DNA of 62,088 nucleotides from a virus (lineage: Duplodnaviria > Caudoviricetes), in IMG/VR virus record IMGVR_UViG_3300046007_006509, positions 1-62,088 of that record; one strand, 5' to 3'. A program made the translations under genes and the position numbers. The notes beneath the pieces are model-generated. The model was not told the DNA's origin, did not search any database, and saw nothing but the letters and a program-made list of their open reading frames with translations. Shown piece after piece: positions 46,675 through 56,599 of this stretch. Each line of letters begins with the position of its first letter. The stretch's first letter is position 1.

Positions 46675-49600
46675 ATGGCTATAGTACAGATATCAAAACT
46701 ACAACAACGAGCAGGTAATATTGTTGATTTACCACAGCTAGATGAGGCTGAATTTGGTTTCGCCAGTGATGCTAAACGCTTGTTTATTGGTAAAGTAAGT
46801 CCAAATGAAAATATTGAGGTACTAACCTCTTATTCAAATATATCTTTTAGTCAAATTCAAGGGGCTGAAGGTAACCTAGATATTTCCGCTATTACAGTTG
46901 ATGATGGACAGGTCCTTACTTATGACGGTACAAATTGGGTAAATCGCGGTGGTGATGCTGGCGGACTTATTACCTTAGGTGATGTAGGAAATGTAAGAAT
47001 TGATGGCGGGGCTATTGGTTATGTATTAGAAACTGATGGCACAGGAAATTTAACTTGGGCACCGAAAACAACCGTAACTTCCTTTATACAAAATGCTACT
47101 CAGGCTAATCCCTGTGTTATTACAACTACCCAAGACAATTTCTTCACAGAGGGAGCAGAAGTTACTATAACGAATGTTCCAGGAATGACACAACTAAACG
47201 GCAATAGCTATTATGCAAATGTAATTAGTTCCAATTCTTTTTCACTATACTCTGACGCAGGCTTGACTACTCCTGTAAATTCAGGAGGGTTCAGTGCTTT
47301 CCCGACTACCACTGCTACTGCAACTACAGCAGGAACAAATATTATTACAGTGGGATCAAGTGCTGCCTTTACAATTGGTAATCCTGTAAATTTAGTAGGC
47401 ACAGCTATTGGTGGATTAAGCACTGACACTACATATTATGTAAAAACAAAACCTAGCGGCACTGAAATAACAGTCTCATTAACTGCTGGTGGTGCGAATG
47501 TAGCACTAACTACTGCTTCAGGTTCGTTCACTATTTTTGAAACAGGCGGCAGAGTTATTTCTTCCGTCAGTGGTAGTGGATCAGCTACAGCTGGTGGTGC
47601 AAACACAACAATACAATTTAATAACAATAATATATTAGACGGCGATGCCGATTTTACTTGGAATTATTTAACTAATGTTTTAAATGTTAATGGCAACGCA
47701 AATGTTGGCAATTTAAATGCCACATCCAGCGTCATTGCTAGTACATTAACAAGTAATGTTGCAACAGGAACAGCACCGTTAACAGTTTCAAGTACCACAA
47801 GAGTTAATAATTTAAATGTAGCTTATGCTAATGTCAGTGATTTTGAAGTTGTTACTGCACAAACCACAGGCACATTCTTTCCTGTGTTTGTAAATGGTAG
47901 TGCGACAGCAAATAGAGCACTGGCAGCTAACGCAAATTTAGGCTTTAATGCTGCAACAGGTAATTTATCAGCTACCATACTTTATGCTAATTCAACAATT
48001 ACAGCAGTAGGCAATATAGTAGGTGCTAATATTGATACAGCAGGTAATGTTACAGCAAGTCGTTTAATATCAAATGTATCAACAGGCACTGCACCGTTAG
48101 CAGTAACTAGTACAACCAGAGTGAACAACTTAAATGTAGCATATGCGAATGTTGCAGACCATGTGAATGTTGCAGATGTTTCGACAGGAACTTACTATCC
48201 AATACTAGCTAATGCAGCAACAGGCAATGTAGCTGAGGGTTCAAATACAGCCTTAACTTTTAATGCAGCCACTGGCGCATTAAATGCTACTTTACTAGGT
48301 GGTACACTTACTACAGCGGCGCAGCCGAATATAACTAGTTTAGGAACACTAACAAGTTTAACTGTTTTTGGCACACTAACCGCTAACGACATAGCAACAT
48401 TTGGCACAGCCGGCGATGCGTTAAATATCACAGGCGCAGGCAATACCAATGTTAATGGCGCTGGCGGATTAATTAATATTGCTGCGGCTCAGGGAAATGG
48501 CACAGGTGCAGGCGGCGCAATAACACTTGCGGGAGGTAACGCAAATACTTCAGGAAATGCAGCAGGTGGCATTGCTACATTAACAGCAGGCAATGCATCA
48601 GGACAAGGTCAAGGCGGTACTGTTGGAATCTATTCAGGTTCTTCATCAAACGCTACCGGCGGTTTAGGTGGAAATATAGTTATTACCGGAGGCGTATTTG
48701 ACGGTGATGGCGGTGATATAACGATCTCAGCAGGAAATGCCACTAGCACAAATAGAACCGGTGGGGATGTTTTAATTAAAGCAGGTCCTTCTACAGGCAG
48801 TCAGGCTGTAGGAAAAATAACATTTCAAACATCAACTCCCGGTAGTTCAGGCGCAACAGTACAAACATTAACAGATAGAGTTATAATTGATGATACGCAA
48901 ATGAATGTGCGTTTCACAACCGCATCTACATCAACTACAACTGGTGCATTAGAAGTTGCAGGTGGAGTTGGCGTAGTAGGTAATGTCTTTGCCGCGGCTT
49001 TTTATGGAGCAGCAACAGGTCTTACTGGTTTAGTAGGTGCCAATGTGACAGGTACTGTAGCAAATGCTACACATGCGTCAACTGCAAATACTGTAACAAA
49101 TGCTGCTCAGTCGAATATTACATCAGTAGGAACACTTTTATCATTACAGGCTAATACAGGATCATTAACAACAGTAAGTGCTCCATTTATATTTGACCAA
49201 GTTTGGAATAATTCTAGTGTAGTGTTTACTGCAATTAAACAAAATATAACAGATACTGCAAGCGATGGTGCAAGTAGGTTAATTGATTTACAAGTAGCTG
49301 GAGTAAGCAAATTCTATGTCGATAAGGTAGGCAATGTAATTGCAGGTAATTTGTCATTATCATCTACTGGCACTGCTATTCTCGGTGCTATTTCAACAGG
49401 TGCAAACACTACACCCGGCAATATTACAGGCAATTGGACATTAACATCAGGTTCAAGATTTAATGCTACCTATGCTGACTTAGCAGAATATTACGAAGCA
49501 GACGGATTATATGATGCAGGGACAGTATTAGAATTTGGTGGCGAAAAAGAAGTGACAATAGCTAGTGATGGCACCACAAGAGTTGCAGGCGTTGTGTCTA

Positions 49601-49839
49601 CTGATCCTGCATTTGCAATGCATGCCAAATGCAATGGATTGGCAGTGCCAATAGCACTTCAGGGTCGTGTACCAGTTAAAGTCAGAGGTCAAATACGCAA
49701 AGGCGACATGATGATAAGTGGTGGAGGTGGGTTTGCTAGACCAAGCAAATCACCATTAATGGGCAGTGTAATTGGTAAAGCATTAGAAAATTTTGATGGC
49801 GTTGAGGGCGTTATTGAAATTGCAATAGGCAGATTATAA
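46675..49839 (+). CDS. long tail fibre/virion fibre with a C-terminal peptidase-G2/IMC-like domain
   Basis: MAIVQISKLQQRAG..LPQLDEAEFG N-terminus; G/T/A/N-rich shaft; ADLAEYY..ALQGRVPVKV..IGKALE C-terminus. Confidence 0.82.
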   Translation: MAIVQISKLQQRAGNIVDLPQLDEAEFGFASDAKRLFIGKVSPNENIEVLTSYSNISFSQIQGAEGNLDISAITVDDGQVLTYDGTNWVNRGGDAGGLITLGDVGNVRIDGGAIGYVLETDGTGNLTWAPKTTVTSFIQNATQANPCVITTTQDNFFTEGAEVTITNVPGMTQLNGNSYYANVISSNSFSLYSDAGLTTPVNSGGFSAFPTTTATATTAGTNIITVGSSAAFTIGNPVNLVGTAIGGLSTDTTYYVKTKPSGTEITVSLTAGGANVALTTASGSFTIFETGGRVISSVSGSGSATAGGANTTIQFNNNNILDGDADFTWNYLTNVLNVNGNANVGNLNATSSVIASTLTSNVATGTAPLTVSSTTRVNNLNVAYANVSDFEVVTAQTTGTFFPVFVNGSATANRALAANANLGFNAATGNLSATILYANSTITAVGNIVGANIDTAGNVTASRLISNVSTGTAPLAVTSTTRVNNLNVAYANVADHVNVADVSTGTYYPILANAATGNVAEGSNTALTFNAATGALNATLLGGTLTTAAQPNITSLGTLTSLTVFGTLTANDIATFGTAGDALNITGAGNTNVNGAGGLINIAAAQGNGTGAGGAITLAGGNANTSGNAAGGIATLTAGNASGQGQGGTVGIYSGSSSNATGGLGGNIVITGGVFDGDGGDITISAGNATSTNRTGGDVLIKAGPSTGSQAVGKITFQTSTPGSSGATVQTLTDRVIIDDTQMNVRFTTASTSTTTGALEVAGGVGVVGNVFAAAFYGAATGLTGLVGANVTGTVANATHASTANTVTNAAQSNITSVGTLLSLQANTGSLTTVSAPFIFDQVWNNSSVVFTAIKQNITDTASDGASRLIDLQVAGVSKFYVDKVGNVIAGNLSLSSTGTAILGAISTGANTTPGNITGNWTLTSGSRFNATYADLAEYYEADGLYDAGTVLEFGGEKEVTIASDGTTRVAGVVSTDPAFAMHAKCNGLAVPIALQGRVPVKVRGQIRKGDMMISGGGGFARPSKSPLMGSVIGKALENFDGVEGVIEIAIGRL
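47752..48153 (+). repeat. internal duplication in the fibre (SNVxTGTAPLxVxSTTRVNNLNVAYANV x2)
   Basis: Near-identical 28-aa units at about 47752 and 48070. Confidence 0.8.
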
Positions 49840-49848
49840 GGAATAAAA

Positions 49849-50412
49849 ATGGCATCTTATGTATATACAGCAACAGGATCAGCAGCAAGTTCAGCAAACA
49901 TTGCCACTGACAAAGTAAGAATAGCAACTACGGACAGTCCTATTCATTACACAACTAGCTTCCCTAACGTAGCTTTGTCTGGTACAGTAACCTGTGCAAC
50001 AAACAGTAAAACAGTTACTGGTTCGAGTACACAATTCCTAACACAATTAAATGTTGGAGCTTGGATAGGTAATACTAGTGGTAACACAGTTGGGATAGTG
50101 GATGCAATTGCAAATAATACAAGTTTAACTTTGGTTGCAAATGCTGCTGTAGCAATAAGTGGCGGAACAGCAAGATATAATCCATACGGTGTTCCATATA
50201 GTACAGTAGATGCTAATAGCACAATTATTCCTGCAAACTCAGTGGAAAATAGTATAGTTGTTGGTCAGGGAAACATTGTATCATTTATGGAAGTGACTGG
50301 TGTAGTGGCAACTTCAGCACCCTTTAGTATAACAGAACTAGGTATGCCACATCCAAATACAGGTACAACAGGAGTACTTGCTACTCCGGCAAATGACGGA
50401 CCTTTAACTTAA
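49849..50412 (+). CDS. virion structural protein
   Basis: Follows the fibre gene; VTGSSTQF..IANNTSLTL fibre-type motif. Confidence 0.6.
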   Translation: MASYVYTATGSAASSANIATDKVRIATTDSPIHYTTSFPNVALSGTVTCATNSKTVTGSSTQFLTQLNVGAWIGNTSGNTVGIVDAIANNTSLTLVANAAVAISGGTARYNPYGVPYSTVDANSTIIPANSVENSIVVGQGNIVSFMEVTGVVATSAPFSITELGMPHPNTGTTGVLATPANDGPLT

Positions 50413-51464
50413 GGTTTAGCTTTAGCTTGTGGCCAATTTAGTATTTTTGTAGGATCACAATTGGCCATTTCAAACATTCTTTTTCTATTATATAACAACA
50501 TTTCGTACATATCTTCCCAAGTTTTATAATATTCTTCTGCTGGAAGTTTGTATAGTTGTTTAAGCTGATCTACTACACTTGTATAATGGCAATCTAATTT
50601 ATTATTTTTGAAAAAATCTTTAGGTGTATAAAAACCTAATCTTTCTAATACATCATATACTTCTCTACGACCATTGATTAAAAAAGGTCTTAATCCAAAA
50701 ATAGGTTTCCAGGTTTTTTCAGATAGTTGATAGGGATCATCATGGTCTGTTTCACTTGTAACAATCACAAAACTATTTTGCCATATTTCTAAATCCCCAA
50801 CACTTAATATATCTTCAGGGCGAGAAAATCTTTTATCAGTCGTATGTTTATCCTGATCTGTTTCTGCGCTTCTGCCATCTATTTCAGGATAATGGCCCTT
50901 TTCGAAAGTAACCCAGCCTTTATCAAGCAATTTTTCCTTTATCAAACTTTCTATAAGCCAAGTTCTATGTATTCTAGGTTTTCTATTGTAGCACAGATAA
51001 AGATACTTTGGGTTTGTATTTAATATAAAATCTTCTACATTTGCTCTTAAGTTATTATTAATAAACCATTCAGGATACCATGAATACCAGTGCTCGCCTG
51101 CATAACCTACAAAGGAATGTGCGTACCCGCAACGGACAAAGTAATGATAAAAATCCATATGCTTCTGCTTGATCCAATGGTTCCCATCAACAGTGCCGAC
51201 ATACCATATTTTTACATGTTCAGTTGGTCCTAGACTGTGTACTAATTTTCTTAATGGCTCAGTTTCCTCCCAGTTAGCTCTAAACCATGTAAGATTACAA
51301 ACTACATTGTGTTCATATTGACTTGTTTCTGCTATTTCTTTTTTAAGATTATTAAGCCATTCACGCTCCATAGTACCGACATCATGCGGTTCATTAATGT
51401 AATATAATCTGTTATCATCACATGGCTCACATGCCCTACCATCGTATTCATAGATTTTTTTCAT
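50409..51464 (-). CDS. glycosyltransferase-like protein
   Basis: YLCYNRKPRIHR, IVTSET, LSEKTWKPI..PFL resemble a GT-B/GT10-like C-terminal motif; reverse TAAATA at 51482-51487. Confidence 0.55.
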   Translation of the reverse strand: MKKIYEYDGRACEPCDDNRLYYINEPHDVGTMEREWLNNLKKEIAETSQYEHNVVCNLTWFRANWEETEPLRKLVHSLGPTEHVKIWYVGTVDGNHWIKQKHMDFYHYFVRCGYAHSFVGYAGEHWYSWYPEWFINNNLRANVEDFILNTNPKYLYLCYNRKPRIHRTWLIESLIKEKLLDKGWVTFEKGHYPEIDGRSAETDQDKHTTDKRFSRPEDILSVGDLEIWQNSFVIVTSETDHDDPYQLSEKTWKPIFGLRPFLINGRREVYDVLERLGFYTPKDFFKNNKLDCHYTSVVDQLKQLYKLPAEEYYKTWEDMYEMLLYNRKRMFEMANCDPTKILNWPQAKAKP

Positions 51465-51526
51465 AATTTTTACCTGTAAAATATTTATTGGGCAAAATGG
51501 TTACTAAATAAAATTGGAGGGTATTC

Positions 51527-51889
51527 ATGTTTCAATTGGCACTAATAGAACTAGTAGATAGATATTGCATAGCAAAAGTAAAATTTTCTAAACTAGGCAA
51601 CAATAGCGAAGAAGTAGAATTTTACACAGAACAAATGCAAAAATTCGGTATGGCTAAAATTGAACATGATTTAGAAGAACTAATTCAAATTCACACTCAA
51701 ATATGGGATATGGAAGATGATTTTAAAAAATGCGTAGTTGAACTAAAATACCCTATGGATGAAATTGGAAGACGAGCAATTAAAATAAGAGATATTAATA
51801 TTGACCGTTATGCAATAAAAAATAAAATTGCCGAAAAATTAAACGATCCTATCAGAGAACGAAAAAAATATTATAATCAAGTCATTTGA
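51527..51889 (+). CDS. DUF6165-like helical protein
   Basis: ELVDR..I..K..IWDMED..N.DR..IKNKI; TAAATA at 51505, GGAGG RBS. Confidence 0.6.
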   Translation: MFQLALIELVDRYCIAKVKFSKLGNNSEEVEFYTEQMQKFGMAKIEHDLEELIQIHTQIWDMEDDFKKCVVELKYPMDEIGRRAIKIRDINIDRYAIKNKIAEKLNDPIRERKKYYNQVI

Positions 51890-53076
51890 AAATTAAATTT
51901 ATTTCTACTTTTTAAATGCTGCAAATTATATTCAGTGATGTCCCTACAAAAACTAGCAAATTCATTAAGTTCAAAACTATTTAAGTTTACAAGTCTTTTT
52001 GCTTCTTTTGCAATTTTGTAAATTCTTTTATGACCATCTGATTCATCATCGTAAGATTCATCAATATATGGGCTAAAAGTTTTGTATCCTAGTTGTTTAA
52101 GTGTTTTTAATATTCCTTTTACTCCTACAATCATAAATGGATGACAATTCATAATTGGTTTAAAAGTTTTTTCGCTTAGTGCTCTACCTAAGGTTATCCC
52201 TGCTCCAGATTCATCTGGATTACATAAGGTTTCTGTAACGATAGAGAAGTAGGTATTTTCATACAACTTTTTATCTGCGCTATAATAAGGAGCTCCGTTC
52301 CAATTTTGATTTGGATCGGTATCAATATACAGTCTGTTTAGTTGTTTTACTTTTTTCTCATTTTGCATCAACAAATTATAGGCGCAAGTATTATCTTTAT
52401 TCCATTGTAAAATCCTAGGAAACATGTCATCCATTGACGGGATTTCACAAGGTACAGCATTTAAACTAACATAACCTTGTTCTCTTATATTAAATGCTTC
52501 TAAAAAACTTACTAATTCTAAACGATGTGGTCTCCACAAACCATTAAATGATAAAAATTTTTTTGTGTAGTCTAAACGATTAAGTGTATCAGTTGTGAAA
52601 CAATCGTTGCGATTTTCGATTTCATATTTTCCAACATACTCAAATAAACTTATAAATTCTGATCTTATTTTGGGTAAGTTATATTTTTTACTAATGGCAT
52701 CAATTTCATTTCCTATATCAAACGAGTTTGAAAGGTATAAAATATTAGATGGTGGTATTTTAGAAGCAATCACCACATCTTTGTAGATGTCCTCTATAAC
52801 ATAATGATATGCTTCATGTATATGGGATATACAAAGAGTTATGGAACCATTTAGAATTTTTTGATATGTTTCATAATCTACTAATTTTTCAATGGGATGG
52901 TGATAAAACGCATCACCATTTATGAACTCAACATAATAGTAATCCTTATCGTCCCATTTCCTTATACCAGTACCCGGCCAACCGCCGTGAACTCGCACCT
53001 CAGGTTTCTCACATTTGCCTTCTCTATTATTAAATGAGTTAATATAGTAGTAGTTATATTGATTTAAAATTGCCAT
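51877..53076 (-). CDS. glycosyltransferase-like protein (paralog of 50409-51464)
   Basis: FLSFNGLWRPHR, FSIVTET, LSEKTFKPI..HPF, LGYKTF..IDESYD. Confidence 0.55.
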   Translation of the reverse strand: MAILNQYNYYYINSFNNREGKCEKPEVRVHGGWPGTGIRKWDDKDYYYVEFINGDAFYHHPIEKLVDYETYQKILNGSITLCISHIHEAYHYVIEDIYKDVVIASKIPPSNILYLSNSFDIGNEIDAISKKYNLPKIRSEFISLFEYVGKYEIENRNDCFTTDTLNRLDYTKKFLSFNGLWRPHRLELVSFLEAFNIREQGYVSLNAVPCEIPSMDDMFPRILQWNKDNTCAYNLLMQNEKKVKQLNRLYIDTDPNQNWNGAPYYSADKKLYENTYFSIVTETLCNPDESGAGITLGRALSEKTFKPIMNCHPFMIVGVKGILKTLKQLGYKTFSPYIDESYDDESDGHKRIYKIAKEAKRLVNLNSFELNEFASFCRDITEYNLQHLKSRNKFNFQMT

Positions 53077-53127
53077 GACAGTATTTAACTGGGGTGTTAA
53101 AATCCAAAAAATTGATAAATACTTTGT

Positions 53128-53184
53128 TCAGTGCGTTGTTGTACTGATTTATGCGGTCCCCGCCGCGTAGTGGCTAGAACCCAC
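53128..53184 (+). ncRNA. candidate structured 5' leader RNA (three tandem hairpins)
   Basis: GC-rich stems tcagtgc/gtactga, tatgcgg/ccgcgta and gtgg/ccac between TAAATA (53116) and the RBS. Confidence 0.45.
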
Positions 53185-53206
53185 ACATTATAAGGAGAAA
53201 AAACAA

Positions 53207-54478
53207 ATGGGACGCCCTTTAAAAATCGCAAAGTCACAAGCTGTTATTACGATTACTGCTGTAAGCGGTACAACAGATTTAGTGACAACAAGTAATAATT
53301 TTACAACATTAGGTATCATTGCAGGTATGAGTTTTATTCCTCATACAACAACTGGTAACTTAGTAGCTGGAACACAATATTGGATTCTAAAAGTTGTTAA
53401 CGCAGGAAACAACAGTACTTTCCAAGTTTCTGCAACCCAGTTGTCAGCTAACCCTACTTATACAGTATTTGATCCAGGTACAGCAGGTCCTGTTACTAAC
53501 TTGGCCTCAGTTAATGTGGTAGATGCATATTTTAACAATCCACTAAGTGGTACTGGTTATCCAGCAACTAATACTGCAACTTACAGCGTTGTTGGTGGTA
53601 ACACAGCAATATACGGAAAGCAGGTCCTTTGCTCTGTTGCAATCGGACAAAATGGTACAGGTACAATATATACTGATACAGGTAGTGCTGATATATATGG
53701 TGCTGGCACAGATTTTGCCAATACAGTTGTTGCAGGCTCTGCTATACAAATTGTAAGTCAACAAACAGGAGCTCCTGTCAACATTGGTTTTGTAAGCTCA
53801 ATTGGTGGTTATACCACTGAAACTATTACAGATACAGAAGCAACAGGCTCATTTGTCGTTACATCAGGTGATGCTACAAACTTTGCAGTAGATCAACCAA
53901 TTGTGTTTGACGGTAATATTGGTGGTTTAACAACAGGTACAACATACTTCGTATTAACTGGTGCTAATACAACTCACTTCCAAGTTAGTTCAACACTTGG
54001 TGGCGCAGCAGTTCCTGTAACTAACGATACAGTAACAGTAGACGCTACACAGGATGTATTAACATTGGCTGCATCCGCATCAGCAAATTCAACATTTAAT
54101 TCATGGCCTATGGCAAGTTGGATTTATGCAAACGATGAGGCAGGATTCATTGTTCGTCAAAAAGGCAAACAAAAATATCTTGTCAAAGGTGCAACATCTA
54201 ACTTAGTTGCACAATGTTTTACAGCAAATCTTGCAAATACTGCATTGACACCAAACACAATGACTATCACTGGAACCTATGCTAATGCATCTACAGTTAA
54301 AGTTCAGTCATTGAGTGATCATACTGCTGAGTTGTTTACAGCAACATCTGGTCCTGTTGCAACAGGTAATATTGTTCTTGCCAACGCAAATCCTGCGTTC
54401 TCAACTTTCAATACTGCTTATGCAGCAAATACATATGGTGGACAACCTTACCCAATCGTAACAATAGGCTCAGCATAA
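53207..54478 (+). CDS. virion structural protein
   Basis: Late promoter, AAGGAG RBS, T/A/G/N-rich, IVRQKGKQKYLV motif. Confidence 0.7.
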   Translation: MGRPLKIAKSQAVITITAVSGTTDLVTTSNNFTTLGIIAGMSFIPHTTTGNLVAGTQYWILKVVNAGNNSTFQVSATQLSANPTYTVFDPGTAGPVTNLASVNVVDAYFNNPLSGTGYPATNTATYSVVGGNTAIYGKQVLCSVAIGQNGTGTIYTDTGSADIYGAGTDFANTVVAGSAIQIVSQQTGAPVNIGFVSSIGGYTTETITDTEATGSFVVTSGDATNFAVDQPIVFDGNIGGLTTGTTYFVLTGANTTHFQVSSTLGGAAVPVTNDTVTVDATQDVLTLAASASANSTFNSWPMASWIYANDEAGFIVRQKGKQKYLVKGATSNLVAQCFTANLANTALTPNTMTITGTYANASTVKVQSLSDHTAELFTATSGPVATGNIVLANANPAFSTFNTAYAANTYGGQPYPIVTIGSA

Positions 54479-54479
54479 T

Positions 54480-54791
54480 ATGCCCGTGGCAAGAATGTCA
54501 TCCCCTAAGCAGACTGAAACTGAAGTCGCAATTTTACAGGTTCAATATAAAAATCTTGACGATAAAGTTGAGGAAATTAAAGATGAACTCAAAGAATTGC
54601 GTCATCACATGACCAATGAAAATGAGGATATGAAGAAGTTTCTCAAAGAAATGCGAGATAGCGACAACAATGCTCATCTTGAACTTGGGAAAAAGGTTTC
54701 AGCTTTAGAAAAGTGGAGGTGGATGATGATGGGAGCCGGAGTTGTTATCGGTGCATTAGGTTTTGATACAATTGCAAAATTGTTAAAATAA
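54480..54791 (+). CDS. XhlA/holin-like coiled-coil membrane protein
   Basis: Coiled coil followed by LEKWRW and one C-terminal TM helix. Confidence 0.55.
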   Translation: MPVARMSSPKQTETEVAILQVQYKNLDDKVEEIKDELKELRHHMTNENEDMKKFLKEMRDSDNNAHLELGKKVSALEKWRWMMMGAGVVIGALGFDTIAKLLK

Positions 54792-54794
54792 AAC

Positions 54795-54818
54795 AAAAGG
54801 GGACTCAGGTCCCCTTTT
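54795..54818. terminator. bidirectional rho-independent terminator
   Basis: aaaaggggac-tcag-gtcccctttt between convergent genes. Confidence 0.85.
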
Positions 54819-55212
54819 CAGTTAGTGCTTTTAATTTATCTTGAACTAAATCAAAATTAACAGTATTAAAGAGCCCTGGATGTAGGGGTTTCGGATAATG
54901 TTGTTCTCCTACCCATGCGTAACCGCAATGTTCGTTATTTAATTTTGGTACAAATTCTTCACTTAGTGAACAAAAAAATGTATGATATACAAAATTACCG
55001 TTCACAAATTTTTGAATAGGAATTAATTTCCATTCGACATTCCAAACTTGTATTTCTTCTAAACATTCTCGCTCTAAACCTTCAAGCAATGTTTCATCTT
55101 TTTCAATTTTCCCGCCTGGTATACTCCATGTAGGATTCTTTTCAGACCTTAATAGATAAAGATATCTGTTTGTTTTATTACAAAAAAAGAATATACCTGC
55201 TGCGATACTCAT
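54805..55212 (-). CDS. Nudix hydrolase
   Basis: Nudix box GGKIEKDETLLEGLERECLEEI. Confidence 0.9.
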   Translation of the reverse strand: MSIAAGIFFFCNKTNRYLYLLRSEKNPTWSIPGGKIEKDETLLEGLERECLEEIQVWNVEWKLIPIQKFVNGNFVYHTFFCSLSEEFVPKLNNEHCGYAWVGEQHYPKPLHPGLFNTVNFDLVQDKLKALTEKGT

Positions 55213-55229
55213 ATTATGATTTATCAAAA

Positions 55230-56597
55230 TTAAATCACAATAGAATAATCTCCTTGATCATACCATCCTTCGTAAGATTTCATCCATACGCCTTCAGCAG
55301 GTACATATCTATATTGAACATTTGTATTAAGATTTGTTACATACTGCAATGAAGTAGTTGCAGATGCGTTAAATGCAACAACCCATGCTGTCCCGTTATA
55401 TTCAATAATATCATTTGCTTCTGCTTGTACATTACCCCAGGCGATAGTGGGAGCACTTCCTCCCATATTTTCAACAATGAGATATCTTCTTCCTGGTATC
55501 GGCGCAGGTAATCCCGCACCCGGGCCTGATGTCAGTGGGTTAATAACAGCGTCAACAGGATCCAGAGTGTTTTCAGGAAGTGTGTCAGTATCTATATTAT
55601 AAATTAACAATCTATCATCAAGTGGATCTACTACAATTGTACCAACAATTTCTGTTTCCATATATGGATTTTGCAACCATATTTGAGATATTCCAGGCTT
55701 ATACGCACCGTATACTTGTAGTAACGATGTCCAATACAATGATGTATCAGGCGGATTGGGTAACGATAAGTTTACATTGCTAGGATCGAACGCCTCATCA
55801 GCGGGAAGTAACTGCAAGGTGTTATTCAATAACAAAACCTTATAACCATATGGTGTAATTTTTTGTCTTGTGCCAAGTAACAAATCCTCATTTGCAGTTG
55901 CATCCAGTGAGTCCCCTCTAAAAATGCTAGCAATAATTTTATGTATGACCCCGTACTTTTTAAGTTTACTTGCAGTACTCAACCAAATGGGCATCTTAAA
56001 CTTCCATGTTAAAATATCAATCGGGTTTCCTGTTCCTTGAGGTATGCTGCGTGAACTAAAGGTTAAACCGTCTTGGTATACAACAGATAAAGAAGTCCAA
56101 TCAATAAAATTGTCTGTACTTTGTATTTCAAGTGCAGGATTGAAAAGTGTACCCAACTGTTCTATAAGTTCTAATTTTTGATTGTAATTTGTTGTCCAAA
56201 AATCGACTGTTACTCTAAGTGTATATGGAACAGGCATGAGTCTTTCTACAGTAAATGCTTGTCCCTGCGTAGTTTCATATGATTGACTAGAGGCATCATA
56301 TGTTCGTTGTCTAACATTCAGTTTATCAACAAAAGTCGGGTCTTGTGTCCTTGATTGGTCATATTCCAAGCCACTTATGTAATATGTTATTAATGGAGCA
56401 CTTGGTAAATTACTTGCACTATTATTTGCTATAACCGTACTTGCTTGCCTGCTTTGATCACCGTACATGATCGGTACACGCATTAAAATCTCATTTCCTG
56501 CAGGATCCTTGCCTTTGGTAACATACCAATTACTAAAGATTTTTGCAAATTGTAATAAGAATCTGCGTATTTGTGCGTCATAAAAAAATTGTGCCAT
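55230..56597 (-). CDS. gp15: tail sheath stabiliser/tail terminator (T4 gp15-like) with C-terminal extension
   Basis: FFYD.QIRR....F..IFS, RVPIMYG, MPVPY.L, IEQL..LFNP; downstream of the gp14-like gene. Confidence 0.8.
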   Translation of the reverse strand: MAQFFYDAQIRRFLLQFAKIFSNWYVTKGKDPAGNEILMRVPIMYGDQSRQASTVIANNSASNLPSAPLITYYISGLEYDQSRTQDPTFVDKLNVRQRTYDASSQSYETTQGQAFTVERLMPVPYTLRVTVDFWTTNYNQKLELIEQLGTLFNPALEIQSTDNFIDWTSLSVVYQDGLTFSSRSIPQGTGNPIDILTWKFKMPIWLSTASKLKKYGVIHKIIASIFRGDSLDATANEDLLLGTRQKITPYGYKVLLLNNTLQLLPADEAFDPSNVNLSLPNPPDTSLYWTSLLQVYGAYKPGISQIWLQNPYMETEIVGTIVVDPLDDRLLIYNIDTDTLPENTLDPVDAVINPLTSGPGAGLPAPIPGRRYLIVENMGGSAPTIAWGNVQAEANDIIEYNGTAWVVAFNASATTSLQYVTNLNTNVQYRYVPAEGVWMKSYEGWYDQGDYSIVI

Positions 56598-56599
56598 AA

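Noticed and set aside
46675-49839. Diversity-generating retroelement target in the fibre gene
   Set aside because: No reverse transcriptase and no adenine-variable TR/VR pair seen; the repeats are ordinary coding duplications
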